Source of the DNA: an uncultured bacterium
GTDB taxonomy: Bacteria; Abyssobacteria; SURF-5
Assembly (NCBI GenBank): GCA_964607485.1
Contig: CAZSKP010000021.1
Location: 1-64,000, forward strand
Length of the DNA: 64,000 nucleotides
Reading direction: 5' to 3'
In this document: piece by piece, positions 18,024 to 27,177 of the stretch
Position numbering within the stretch: the first letter of the stretch is position 1
How the letters are laid out: each line of letters begins with the position of its first letter
The notes under the pieces: model-generated
What the model was told of the DNA's origin: nothing
Database searches by the model: none
Seen by the model: only the letters and a program-made list of their open reading frames with translations
Program-made: the position numbers and the translations under genes

Positions 18024-18710
18024 TTACTTCTTTCGGCCTTTCTTTGTTTGTTTCCCGCGCTTTGCTGCCAATTCTTTTGTCAACCATTCGAGCCACGCAT
18101 CGAGTCCTTCGCACGTGGTGCAGGACATCGGGAATATCGCCAGCTTCGGATTAATCTTCGAGGCATTCGTTCTGGCCTCGTCCATCTTGAAGTTCGTGTA
18201 GGGAAGAAGGTCCACCTTGTTGATGAGCATCGCGGAAGATTCGCGGAACATGAGCGGATATTTCAAGGGCTTCTCGTCGCCTTCGGTCACACTGAGCATC
18301 ATCACCTTGTGGTCCTCGCCGACCTTGAATTCGGCAGGGCAGACGAGATTGCCGACGTTTTCTATGATGAGGATGTCGATAGTCGAGCAATCGAGGTTTC
18401 CGAGCGCGCCTCTTACCATGTTGGCGTCGAGATGGCACGCGCTGCCGGTATTTATCTGGACGATGGGGACGTCGAATCCCTGAAGGCGGTCGGCGTCGCG
18501 GGTCGTTTCGATGTCACCCTCCACGATGCCCACGCGCACGCCTTGCGGCTTGAGTTTTTCGATGGTGCGTTCGAGCAGCGTCGTCTTGCCGGCTCCAGGC
18601 GAACTCATCAGGTTTATGGCAAGCACCTTGTTCGCGTCCAGCGTAGCCCGGATTTCCTCGGCGATTACATCGTTTGCTTTCAGAATGTTGTCGAGAACGG
18701 TTATCTTCAT
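18024..18710 (-). CDS. hypB: nickel-insertion GTPase HypB
   Basis: SSPGAGKT, ACHLDA, ENVGNLVCPA, KPLKYP, NKVD; no His-rich N-terminus. Confidence 0.95.
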   Translation of the reverse strand: MKITVLDNILKANDVIAEEIRATLDANKVLAINLMSSPGAGKTTLLERTIEKLKPQGVRVGIVEGDIETTRDADRLQGFDVPIVQINTGSACHLDANMVRGALGNLDCSTIDILIIENVGNLVCPAEFKVGEDHKVMMLSVTEGDEKPLKYPLMFRESSAMLINKVDLLPYTNFKMDEARTNASKINPKLAIFPMSCTTCEGLDAWLEWLTKELAAKRGKQTKKGRKK

Positions 18711-18732
18711 TTTCGTAAACTCCGCGTTGTTA

Positions 18733-19887
18733 TCATGTGAAGGCGCCTATGCCCGTGGCGAACCTGCCGATTACCAGCTTCAATATCTGGCTGGTTCCCT
18801 CGTACAGGCTGGCGACGCGCGCGTCGCGCATGTATCGCTCGACCGGATACTCGTTGGAGTAGCCGTAGCCGCCAAAGACCTGGATGGCTCGGTTGCCACA
18901 CCTGAGCGCCGCCTCGGATGCGTAGAGCTTTGCGATGGAGGTCTCGCGCGTGTTTCCCTCGCCCTTGTTCTTCAGGTGTCCGGCCTGGAAAACAAGCAAC
19001 CGAGCGGCCTCGGTGTCGACGACCATGTCGGCGATCAGCTCCTGCACGAGCTGGAAGCCCGCGATGGGCCGTCCGAACGCCGTCCGTTCCTGCGAATATT
19101 TCACGCTCGCGTCGATGCAGGCCTGGCAGATGCCCACGCAGCCCGCGGCGACGCTGTACCGCCCGTTGTCGAGCGCGCTCATGGCGACCTTGAAACCTTC
19201 GCCGACTTTGCCCAGCAGCGAGTCGTCGCTCACCTTCACGTCCTCAAGCGTGAGCGAGGAAGTGTCGGACGACTTGAGCCCCAGCTTGCCGTGTATCGGC
19301 TGCGACGAGAAGCCATCCGTGTCCGTATCGACCAGAAACGCGGCGATGCCCTTGTGCTTCAGTTTCTTGTCGGTCTGGGCGAAGATGATGGCGAGCTTTG
19401 CGACGCCGCCGTTGGATATCCACATCTTGTTTCCGTTCAGCACCCACTCGGCGCCTTTCTTCTTCGCCGAGGTGGAAAGGTTGGCGGCATCGCTTCCGGC
19501 GTCGGGCTCCGTGAGCCCGAAGCATCCGATAATCTCGCCGGAGGAGAGCTTCGGCAGGTATTTCTTCTTCTGCTCTTCGGTTCCCCATTTGAGTATGGTG
19601 AGCGCGACAAGCGAGGAGGTGACCGAGAGAACGGTGCGCACGGACGAGCAGGCGCGGCCGATTTCCTCGGTCACGAGGGCGTATGAAATGAAGTCCATGC
19701 CCGCACCGCCGTATTTTTCGGGTATCGCCGCGCCGAGGAATCCGAGGTCGCCCATCTTCTTGACGATCTCGGCGGGAAATCTTTCCTGCTCATCGTTCTC
19801 GCGCGCGACGGGCACTATTTCCTTTTCTGCGAAATCCCTCGCGGTTTGTCGCGCCGCCCTTTGTTCATCCGTCAACTCGATGTGCAT
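18733..19887 (-). CDS. acyl-CoA dehydrogenase
   Basis: FGLTEPDAGSD, KMWISNG, RTAFGRPI, GGYGY, YEGTSQI. Confidence 0.95.
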   Translation of the reverse strand: MHIELTDEQRAARQTARDFAEKEIVPVARENDEQERFPAEIVKKMGDLGFLGAAIPEKYGGAGMDFISYALVTEEIGRACSSVRTVLSVTSSLVALTILKWGTEEQKKKYLPKLSSGEIIGCFGLTEPDAGSDAANLSTSAKKKGAEWVLNGNKMWISNGGVAKLAIIFAQTDKKLKHKGIAAFLVDTDTDGFSSQPIHGKLGLKSSDTSSLTLEDVKVSDDSLLGKVGEGFKVAMSALDNGRYSVAAGCVGICQACIDASVKYSQERTAFGRPIAGFQLVQELIADMVVDTEAARLLVFQAGHLKNKGEGNTRETSIAKLYASEAALRCGNRAIQVFGGYGYSNEYPVERYMRDARVASLYEGTSQILKLVIGRFATGIGAFT

Positions 19888-19934
19888 AGACAATTCCTTT
19901 CGTTGAGCGAATCGGGTCCTGCTCTGAGAGCTCG

Positions 19935-21341
19935 CTACCTGACGAGGAGTTTATCCACTATTCGCGTGAGCTGCCGGGCGTTGCGGCATTCATGAACTTC
20001 GTCACAATATGGCATGTACTCATACATAACGCTATCGCCCAGCCGCCAGGCCGGACGCGCCTCGGGGTTCAGCCATATGACGCGTTTCGCCTTCTCGGTC
20101 ATGTCCTTGAACGCCCACACGCGGGGGTCGTTGCGATTGTTGCGCGCATCGCCCATTATAATCAACGTCGTCCTGGACGTGACGGACTCGAGAAACTCGT
20201 TGCGGAACCGGTGAAACGCGTAGCCGAAATTGCTGTGGCCGTTGTAATCGACGAGCCGCGAATGAAGCGCGAGCTCCAGCGCGGCGTTTATCTCATGTTC
20301 GGAGAACAACCGAGTGACCTCTCCGATTTCCGTCACGAACACGAACGTGCGGACCTTCGAGAAAAGCTCCTGAAGCGTGTACAGGAATTGGAGCATGAAG
20401 CGTGCGGCGTAGCTTACGGAATCCGAGATGTCGCAGAGCGCGAAAATCTGCGGCTTTTCCCGCCGCCGGTTCTTGTAGCAGAGCTCCATCGGGACTCCGC
20501 CGTACTGCATATTTTGCCGGATGACGCGCTTCACGTCTATCCGGCCGCGGGGCCTGCGCTTGTTGCGGAGCACGAGCCGGTCCTTCATTTTCCTGGCAAG
20601 CCGGGCGACGATATCCCGCATCAGTTCCATCTCACGCCTGGAGAGCTGATAGAAATTCTTGTTGAGGAGCTCCTCCTCCCTCAATCGCTCCATGTTGCTG
20701 AGCATATTCTTTTCGAGCTCGCGGCGCACGAATTCCCTGATGGCCTCAAACACACGCTGTATGCGTTGCTCGATAAATTGAATGAGCCTATCCACCTCCT
20801 CGGGCGAATAGCCCTGTCCGAGGAGTTCCTGCCTGAGTTTTTCGATCTCCTCGGCAAACAAATTCCAGCCGAGGCTGTCACGGATTTTCCTTGAAAAGAA
20901 GCCGACCTGCAGGGGATTGCTTATCTCGCTCAGGCCGGCAGCCATTCCCTGCTCCATCATTGTCATCTGAAAATCGCCTCCGAGCTGCCACTGGAACAGA
21001 TTGGCGAGATTCTCGAAGAGTTCGCGGTTTTCTTCGAGGAACGAATCGAGGAACTCCTGCATCGTGACCGAGCCGAACGGAAACAAGCCCAGGTCGGTTT
21101 CGTCGTCCTCGCCGGCGGGCGGTTTCGAAAGTGAGGTGAAGTAGAGTTCGAAAAGCTTTTCGAATATGGGAATGTCGGCGGATTTCTTCACGAGCGTGGA
21201 GCGCAGCGCGGCCTTGAACGTCGGCTTGTGCTCCAGCCCAAGTATTTCCAAGGCGCGGAAGCAGTCGATGTTCTCTGAGAGCGCCACTCTCACGCCTGAA
21301 CTGCGGAGAGCGTCGATGAATTCCAGAATTTTTTCGTCCAT
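19935..21341 (-). CDS. CoxE-like VWA domain protein
   Basis: MIDAS DISDS, GDARNN, WLNPE, ECRN. Confidence 0.9.
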   Translation of the reverse strand: MDEKILEFIDALRSSGVRVALSENIDCFRALEILGLEHKPTFKAALRSTLVKKSADIPIFEKLFELYFTSLSKPPAGEDDETDLGLFPFGSVTMQEFLDSFLEENRELFENLANLFQWQLGGDFQMTMMEQGMAAGLSEISNPLQVGFFSRKIRDSLGWNLFAEEIEKLRQELLGQGYSPEEVDRLIQFIEQRIQRVFEAIREFVRRELEKNMLSNMERLREEELLNKNFYQLSRREMELMRDIVARLARKMKDRLVLRNKRRPRGRIDVKRVIRQNMQYGGVPMELCYKNRRREKPQIFALCDISDSVSYAARFMLQFLYTLQELFSKVRTFVFVTEIGEVTRLFSEHEINAALELALHSRLVDYNGHSNFGYAFHRFRNEFLESVTSRTTLIIMGDARNNRNDPRVWAFKDMTEKAKRVIWLNPEARPAWRLGDSVMYEYMPYCDEVHECRNARQLTRIVDKLLVR

Positions 21342-21354
21342 AGAGCGGGTCGCG

Positions 21355-22281
21355 TCAGTTGAGTTTTTCGTCCGCGGCTGAGAGCAAGCTCTGCAGATTG
21401 GACCTGACCTTTTTTATGTCTCCCTCGTACTTCAGAAACAGGTTGAGCGTGGACTTCACCGTTTCCTCGTCGAGCGTGTCGATGTTCAGGATGGTAAGCG
21501 CGCGAGCCCAGTCGAGCGTTTCGCTGATGCTCGGAAGCTTCTTCAGGTCCACCTTGCGCACTTTCTGTATCACGTCGATCACCCGGGTTGCGAGCGTCTG
21601 GCTTATGCCGGGAACCTTGAGCCTCACAATCTCGGTCTCCTGCTCGGCCGACGGAAAATCGATGAACAGGTGCAGGCAGCGTCTCTTGAGTGCGTCGGTC
21701 ATCTCACGAGTGTTGTTGCTCGTGAGAACGACGTGGGGGATGTGTTTCGCCTTGAGGGTGCCCAGCTCCGGTACGCTGACCTGAAAGTCGCTGAGCACCT
21801 CGAGGAGGAACGCCTCGAACTCCGGGTCGGCCTTGTCAACCTCGTCGATGAGAAGGACCGCCCTTTCTTCGGAGAGGATGGCTCGAAGCAGGGGGCGGGG
21901 GAGTATGAACTCTTCCGAGAAGAAGACGTCCTCCTGTTTATCTATCTTATCGACGGCCTCGCTCAGGCTCTTGCAGTCGCTCAGCACCTCATTGATTTTT
22001 TCCTTGAGTATCTGCGTGTAGAGAAGCTGTTTGGCATATTCCCACTCGTACAGCGCCTTGCTCTCATCCAGCCCCTCGTAACACTGCATCCGAATCAGCC
22101 TCATGCCCGTCGCCTGAGCCCACACGCCGGCAAGGCTCGTTTTCCCCACGCCGGCGGGACCTTCGACGAGGATCGGCTTTTGCATCCGCTCCGCGAGGTA
22201 GACGACGGTCGAGATTTCCTTGCTGCAGATGTAGTCCTGCTTCTTGAATTCTCGGGCGATTTCCTCTATCGAACCGAACAT
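21355..22281 (-). CDS. MoxR-family AAA+ ATPase (CoxD-like)
   Basis: EGPAGVGKT, QCYEGLD..KALYEW.Y.KQLL, IDEVDKAD, ALKRRC. Confidence 0.92.
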   Translation of the reverse strand: MFGSIEEIAREFKKQDYICSKEISTVVYLAERMQKPILVEGPAGVGKTSLAGVWAQATGMRLIRMQCYEGLDESKALYEWEYAKQLLYTQILKEKINEVLSDCKSLSEAVDKIDKQEDVFFSEEFILPRPLLRAILSEERAVLLIDEVDKADPEFEAFLLEVLSDFQVSVPELGTLKAKHIPHVVLTSNNTREMTDALKRRCLHLFIDFPSAEQETEIVRLKVPGISQTLATRVIDVIQKVRKVDLKKLPSISETLDWARALTILNIDTLDEETVKSTLNLFLKYEGDIKKVRSNLQSLLSAADEKLN

Positions 22282-22285
22282 GCCA

Positions 22286-22879
22286 TCAGCCCTTCTTTCT
22301 GGTTGTTTTGCTCCTGGTCGAATTCTTCTTGAGCTCGCTTGCGAGCAGATCGTTTGCCCATTCGATTCTGAGTCTTTGTGTTGCGATACCGAAGTCCACG
22401 ATCTTTAGCTTATACGAGTTCAGCCCGCGTTCGCGCATTTCCTCGCGCAACTGTTCGTACTCCGTTACCTTCTGCTCTGCTCCCTCTATCTGACGCCTGA
22501 GCTTGGCCAATCGTTCGCGTTTCGGGAGATGCTCGAAGAAATTGCACTTCATGAGGAAGCTGTACTGCATGAAGAAGTCGCACTTGACCGGGTCGATTTC
22601 GTCCTCGGAGCCTTTGAGCCAATGAAAAAACTCCTCGCGGCCGCGGTCGGTGATATGGTAGAGGTTCTTGTTCGGGGATTTCTGCTGGCGGACGGTTTCC
22701 TTGCGGACGAGCTTCTCCTTCTCAAGCTGGGTCAGCACGGGATAAAGCTGTCCGTCGTTGAGACCGTTCCTGGCGACGAAGGGCGCAAATATCTTCTTTA
22801 TCCGATACCCGTGCGCCGGGCACTGCATCAACACCCCGAGGATGGCGTGCTTCGTGCTCATTTTCGGTCGGAATTTCAT
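22286..22879 (-). CDS. PadR-family transcriptional regulator
   Basis: HAILGVL..PAHGY, GQLYPVL, YHITDRG; C-terminal helical domain. Confidence 0.9.
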   Translation of the reverse strand: MKFRPKMSTKHAILGVLMQCPAHGYRIKKIFAPFVARNGLNDGQLYPVLTQLEKEKLVRKETVRQQKSPNKNLYHITDRGREEFFHWLKGSEDEIDPVKCDFFMQYSFLMKCNFFEHLPKRERLAKLRRQIEGAEQKVTEYEQLREEMRERGLNSYKLKIVDFGIATQRLRIEWANDLLASELKKNSTRSKTTRKKG

Positions 22880-23011
22880 GAAAGGCGCTCGTACCTATCG
22901 TTAAGGTATCTTACAGTTAGGTACTATCCTATCAGATTGCCCAACGGAAGTCAACTGGGACGCGGACACGCCGGCCGGACACCCGAGAGCCGCCTCGCGG
23001 TTGATAAAAAG

Positions 23012-23041
23012 ATGGCATCCGACGAATTCGTCGGATGCCAT
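23012..23041. repeat. perfect 30-bp palindrome; probable rplM-rpsI terminator or REP-like element
   Basis: ATGGCATCCGACGAATTCGTCGGATGCCAT is self-complementary and is followed on the minus strand by CTTTTT. Confidence 0.8.
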
Positions 23042-23069
23042 GGTAAACAGCAGGGCTGACAGCCCCGGT

Positions 23070-23465
23070 CTATCTCTTCGAGAACTGGAACCTCGCTCGC
23101 GCGCCCTTCTGACCATACTTCTTGCGCTCCTTCATCCGAGGGTCGCGCGTGAGGAAGCCGCCCTTCCGGAGGGCGCTTCTGAAATCCGGGTCGTAGGTGA
23201 GGAGCGCCCGGGCGATTCCGTGCCGCAGAGCGCCCGCCTGTCCGGAAACGCCTCCGCCGCTCACGTTCGCCTGAACGTCGAACTGGCCCAGAGTCTCCGT
23301 TGCTTCGAGCGGCTGCTTTATCAGCATCGACAGGGTCTCGCGACCGAAGTATTCTTCGAGCGTCTTTCCGTTCACGGAGAACGTACCGTTCCCCTTTGTG
23401 AGACGAACGCGCGCCAGAGAGCGTTTGCGTCTGCCCGTTCCGATGAATATACCCTTTTGATTCAC
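23070..23465 (-). CDS. rpsI: 30S ribosomal protein S9
   Basis: [22 protein letters not shown]...QFSKR. Confidence 0.98.
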   Translation of the reverse strand: MNQKGIFIGTGRRKRSLARVRLTKGNGTFSVNGKTLEEYFGRETLSMLIKQPLEATETLGQFDVQANVSGGGVSGQAGALRHGIARALLTYDPDFRSALRKGGFLTRDPRMKERKKYGQKGARARFQFSKR

Positions 23466-23511
23466 TTCAGGCTGCCTCCCATATCAGCATTGACGAACGT
23501 GTGTTCGCGCT

Positions 23512-23940
23512 TCAGATGCTTATCTGTTCGGGTTTCTGCGCCTCGTGTGGATGGCTTGGGCCGGCGTACACTCGGAGCTTCCTGGTCATCGCCCTCCCGA
23601 GACGGTTGCGCGGAAGCATTCCCTTCACGGCTTTATAGACGATGCGCTCGGGGAACTTCTCCTGCACTTCCCGGTAGGTGGCGGTCTTCAGTCCGCCCGG
23701 CCATCCGGTGTGGCGGCGATACAACTTCTGCAACGGCTTCTTGCCGGTCACCCTGACCTTTTCCGCATTGATTACGATGACGTGGTCGCCGAGGTTCACG
23801 TGGGGGGAATACTCCGGCTTATGCTTTCCCCGCAACAGCTTTGCGGCTTCGCTGGCCAGTCGTCCGAGCACCTTCCCTTCGGCGTCGATCAGGTACCACT
23901 TGCTATCTATGTCGCCCGGCTTGGGCGAATACGTACGCAT
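23512..23940 (-). CDS. rplM: 50S ribosomal protein L13
   Basis: [33 protein letters not shown]; promoter TTGACA-17-TACATT upstream. Confidence 0.98.
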   Translation of the reverse strand: MRTYSPKPGDIDSKWYLIDAEGKVLGRLASEAAKLLRGKHKPEYSPHVNLGDHVIVINAEKVRVTGKKPLQKLYRRHTGWPGGLKTATYREVQEKFPERIVYKAVKGMLPRNRLGRAMTRKLRVYAGPSHPHEAQKPEQISI

Positions 23941-24148
23941 CTGCTTTCAAACCTCCAGACATGAGTTCTTCGTTTTGACGCATGGAAATTCAAGATAATG
24001 TAGCAGAAAACAGCGAAACTGTCAAGTCAGGCAGGCGTCTTGCGTGGGAAGAGGGGAAAGCGGTGACATAGAGACCGCCCGCTTTTGGCGACGGAGTCAC
24101 CCTATACGTCACAGCGGTACCCCTCCGTCGGAACGTCGATGGGGACTC

Positions 24149-24349
24149 TTATCCGGTTTCCTTGCGAGACCTTGGTCTTGCTCGGTTCCTTCCTTTCTTG
24201 TCCGCCGATTTCGTTTCGAGCGAACCGGCCGTCGGCCCGGAGGCCAATAGCGCTTCCAGTTCCCGGTTCGTTACACCGTCGTTCTGAGCGAAGCGCTTCG
24301 GCGGGACGATCCCCAGCCTGAGCTTCGTGCGTGTGAGTTTGTCGCCCAT
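24149..24349 (-). CDS. small basic hypothetical protein
   Basis: ATG 1 nt after the ExeA-like stop codon; 66 aa, K/R-rich tail. Confidence 0.5.
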   Translation of the reverse strand: MGDKLTRTKLRLGIVPPKRFAQNDGVTNRELEALLASGPTAGSLETKSADKKGRNRARPRSRKETG

Positions 24350-24350
24350 G

Positions 24351-25196
24351 CTAGATGCTGTTCTCTATGCAGCGCTCAACGACCTCTCGCGTCACCCTCG
24401 ATTCGCCCCGCATGGACGCCTCGAGGAGCGAGTTGTCGGCAAGCTTGCTTACCTCCCGGCAGATTCCTGCTGAATGCGCGTGTATGACGTCGAAGGTTTC
24501 TTGGTCGAACAACTCTTCGGTAGAGCCGGCGACCATCAGCCTGAACTTGATGTACTGCTCGGTTTCCGGGCGCGACATGGGCATCAGATATGAGGCCATC
24601 GCGATTCTGCCCCGAAGGGAGCTGTACCTCTTGTGGCGAAGGCGTCGCAGAAAAGTTTCCTCGGCGAGCATGATGACGGTGCACAGCTTTTCCTGAGGGG
24701 TTTCCATGTTCGTGAGCGCGCGTATCATGTGAAGCTGGTCCGACAACAGGAAGTGCGACTCGTCAACGATCAACACCACGCGCTGTCCCTTGCCGTACGC
24801 CGACATCAGGAAGGAATGGATGCTTTCGAGCAACGTCTGCGTGTTTTCTCTCCCGGAGGGACGGGGAACCTCCAGCTCGTCGAGTATGCATCCGAGAAGC
24901 CCCATCTTGCTCATTCCCGGATTAGCCAGAACAACCGCCGGAATGAATTCGCTCTCGCTCAATGCGCTGAGCAGCATCTGGGCGAGGAGGGTTTTCCCCG
25001 TGCCGCTGCGTCCCCACACCAGCCCGAGCGCCTTATGATGCCGTGCACACATCATCATCCGCACGAACGCCGTCTCGTGAGCCTCGGTCCTGTAGAAGAA
25101 CTCGGGATTCACGCTGTCGCTGAACGGGACTCGCGTCAAGCCGAAGTGTTCGCAATAGTCAAGCGCCATATCCAACCGCCTTGCTGCTACTTCCAT
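24351..25196 (-). CDS. ExeA/GspA/MshM-like AAA ATPase (ATPase domain only)
   Basis: Y.EHFGL...PF, GRSGTGKT, LIVDESH, YIKFRL..AG, GICR. Confidence 0.88.
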   Translation of the reverse strand: MEVAARRLDMALDYCEHFGLTRVPFSDSVNPEFFYRTEAHETAFVRMMMCARHHKALGLVWGRSGTGKTLLAQMLLSALSESEFIPAVVLANPGMSKMGLLGCILDELEVPRPSGRENTQTLLESIHSFLMSAYGKGQRVVLIVDESHFLLSDQLHMIRALTNMETPQEKLCTVIMLAEETFLRRLRHKRYSSLRGRIAMASYLMPMSRPETEQYIKFRLMVAGSTEELFDQETFDVIHAHSAGICREVSKLADNSLLEASMRGESRVTREVVERCIENSI

Positions 25197-25238
25197 ACAT
25201 AAATCTCCTGTTTGTTTGAGAAACCCCGACCCAATTAC

Positions 25239-26348
25239 CTATTCGGCTGTTGCCGCTGCCAATACGGAGCAGCGCTCAACAAACACGCCAAAACCCGTCC
25301 CCTCCATTCGAGGGCGGGGTGATGCCGTTCCCTTCTCCAACAGCGTGCGCGCGAGTCTTCTCACCGCCGCAGAGGCCCTCGACTGAGGGTATCCGACCGA
25401 AAACGGTACGCGCTCGTCCACCGCGCGCCGCACATGCGAGTCCTCCCAGATATGCCCCAGTTCAAGCAACGAGCGGGCAAGAAAGCGTCGCGTGCAATCG
25501 GAGATGCGCCCGAGGGTCGCCGCTCCCTCGCGCGCGCTTCTTACGCGGTTCGCCACCACGCCTATACGGCAATATGGGCTGCGCTGAAATGTGAGTTTGA
25601 TCAGGGCATAGGCGTCTGCGATCGCGGTCGTTTCGGGTGTCGTGACGACAAGCACGAAGTCGGAGGAAACCAAGAAGTCGAGCACGCTGCCGCCGACGCC
25701 CGCCGCTGTGTCGATGAGGATCACGTCGTACCGCGATTCAAGTTTCCTCAACCCGGCCAGCAGCGTCTGACGCCTGTGCGCCGGCAGGTTCGCCATCTCG
25801 AATATCCCCGACGAGCCGGGCACGATGTCGGGCCCACCGGGCATCCTTGCTATTATCTCGTCGATCGCGCATTCTCCCGAGATGACATGCGTGAGCGTGC
25901 GGTCGGTCGTCAGCCCGGCCAGCAGATGGAGGTTCGCCACCCCGAGGTCGGCATCCATCACCGCCGTCCGCAGGCCCTCTCTTGCCAGCTCCACGGAGAG
26001 GTTCAACGCGACGTTGCTCTTTCCGACGCCTCCCTTGCCGCTGGTTATCGCAATCAACTTGCCGGCGTTCAGGCCGTTCCGGCCTACGCCGTTCGAGCCC
26101 CCGGTCCATCCCGATGGGTCGGCGAGCATCTTGGACAGGTGGGTCCTGAGCGCAGTGGGTGCAAGGCCGTCCTTCAGCAGGCGATTCGCCGCGGCCAATA
26201 TCTTCAGGTCGCTCGTGGAATACGTGCGGGGAATCTCCAGGCGCGAGAGCGAGAGAAAATCCTGACAGTGCATCTCCAAGAATCTGAATCGGGCAGGCTC
26301 AATGCCCAGCAGCTTGGCTGCCTCGTGTGTCTTCAAGCGATTGTTCAC
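25239..26348 (-). CDS. MerR-type HTH fused to FlhG/MinD-family ATPase
   Basis: N-terminal EAAKLLGI...RTYS..DL; deviant Walker A SGKGGVGKS, DADLG, IDTAAG, TTPE...DAYALIK; amphipathic tail GFGVFVER. Confidence 0.85.
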   Translation of the reverse strand: MNNRLKTHEAAKLLGIEPARFRFLEMHCQDFLSLSRLEIPRTYSTSDLKILAAANRLLKDGLAPTALRTHLSKMLADPSGWTGGSNGVGRNGLNAGKLIAITSGKGGVGKSNVALNLSVELAREGLRTAVMDADLGVANLHLLAGLTTDRTLTHVISGECAIDEIIARMPGGPDIVPGSSGIFEMANLPAHRRQTLLAGLRKLESRYDVILIDTAAGVGGSVLDFLVSSDFVLVVTTPETTAIADAYALIKLTFQRSPYCRIGVVANRVRSAREGAATLGRISDCTRRFLARSLLELGHIWEDSHVRRAVDERVPFSVGYPQSRASAAVRRLARTLLEKGTASPRPRMEGTGFGVFVERCSVLAAATAE

Positions 26349-26404
26349 GCCGCCTCTGCGGGGATTGGTGCGGGAATGAATTCAAGATATTGTATTTCCA
26401 TAGA

Positions 26405-26433
26405 ATTGTAATACATCATATGGTATTTGTCAA
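26405..26433 (-). promoter_or_regulatory. sigma70 promoter in AT-rich repeat patch
   Basis: TTGACA-17-TACAAT. Confidence 0.7.
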
Positions 26434-26492
26434 TACCTTTTTCGGCAAAAGTTTCCCCTTTTTTCCCCGGAAGTTTTTCATTCCGAAGGGAT

Positions 26493-26566
26493 GTCGTGCT
26501 GAGCGTAGAGAAGCATCTCGTTTTGCACCAACGCGATAGGGGATTCTTCGCTACGCTCGGAATGAC
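26493..26566. repeat. palindromic REP-like element (GTCAT...ATGAC class)
   Basis: GTCGTGCTGAGCGTAGAGAAGCATCT pairs imperfectly with GGATTCTTCGCTACGCTCGGAATGAC. Confidence 0.7.
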
Positions 26567-26723
26567 GGTCAACGAGCAACCCCCCGGGCGACCCGAAACG
26601 GGCGCCGTCTTTAATTCCGGAATGGCGCCGCTTGCCGAATGCTCTCCACCTTTGACAATATTATGTTGAGAATATAGTATTGTGTCGTCGAGACAGGCAA
26701 CTTAACGAAAGGGGAGAGGAAAA

Positions 26724-26993
26724 TTGTCTTTCAAACTCGTGTGCACAACGCTGTTGGTGGTATTCCTGACGGCGTTGGGATGCGCTTCGATCGAGGAGGG
26801 CTACTCCACCCATTATGGTCTGACCAATCCGGACGTCCCGCCCGTTAATCCCGACCTGACGGACGAGAGTTACAGGGGAGGCGTTGTGGGCCAGCAAGAA
26901 ATCGAGGAATACGATAAGAAATATCACGACCAGGAGACTTTCACGCCGCCCCCGTCGGAATCGTCGGAGGAACAGGAGCAGCCGGCCGAATGA
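26724..26993 (+). CDS. small acidic lipoprotein
   Basis: Lipobox ALGC after a hydrophobic stretch; GAGGA SD. Confidence 0.7.
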   Translation: MSFKLVCTTLLVVFLTALGCASIEEGYSTHYGLTNPDVPPVNPDLTDESYRGGVVGQQEIEEYDKKYHDQETFTPPPSESSEEQEQPAE

Positions 26994-27177
26994 CCGAAGC
27001 GCATTCGAATCCTCGTCCGCTGGGCCCGTGAGCCCTTGTCCCCGCTTGGCGCTTTTCGTGAGTATTGCCCTGCCTGCAGGCAACACATTTTCAGGTCGAT
27101 TCGGTCGATGACGGAGTTGTCGACAATCCGCGCGGCTGCTCCCCATGCTTTTGTGAAGTGAGGATGGGTTGACAACG

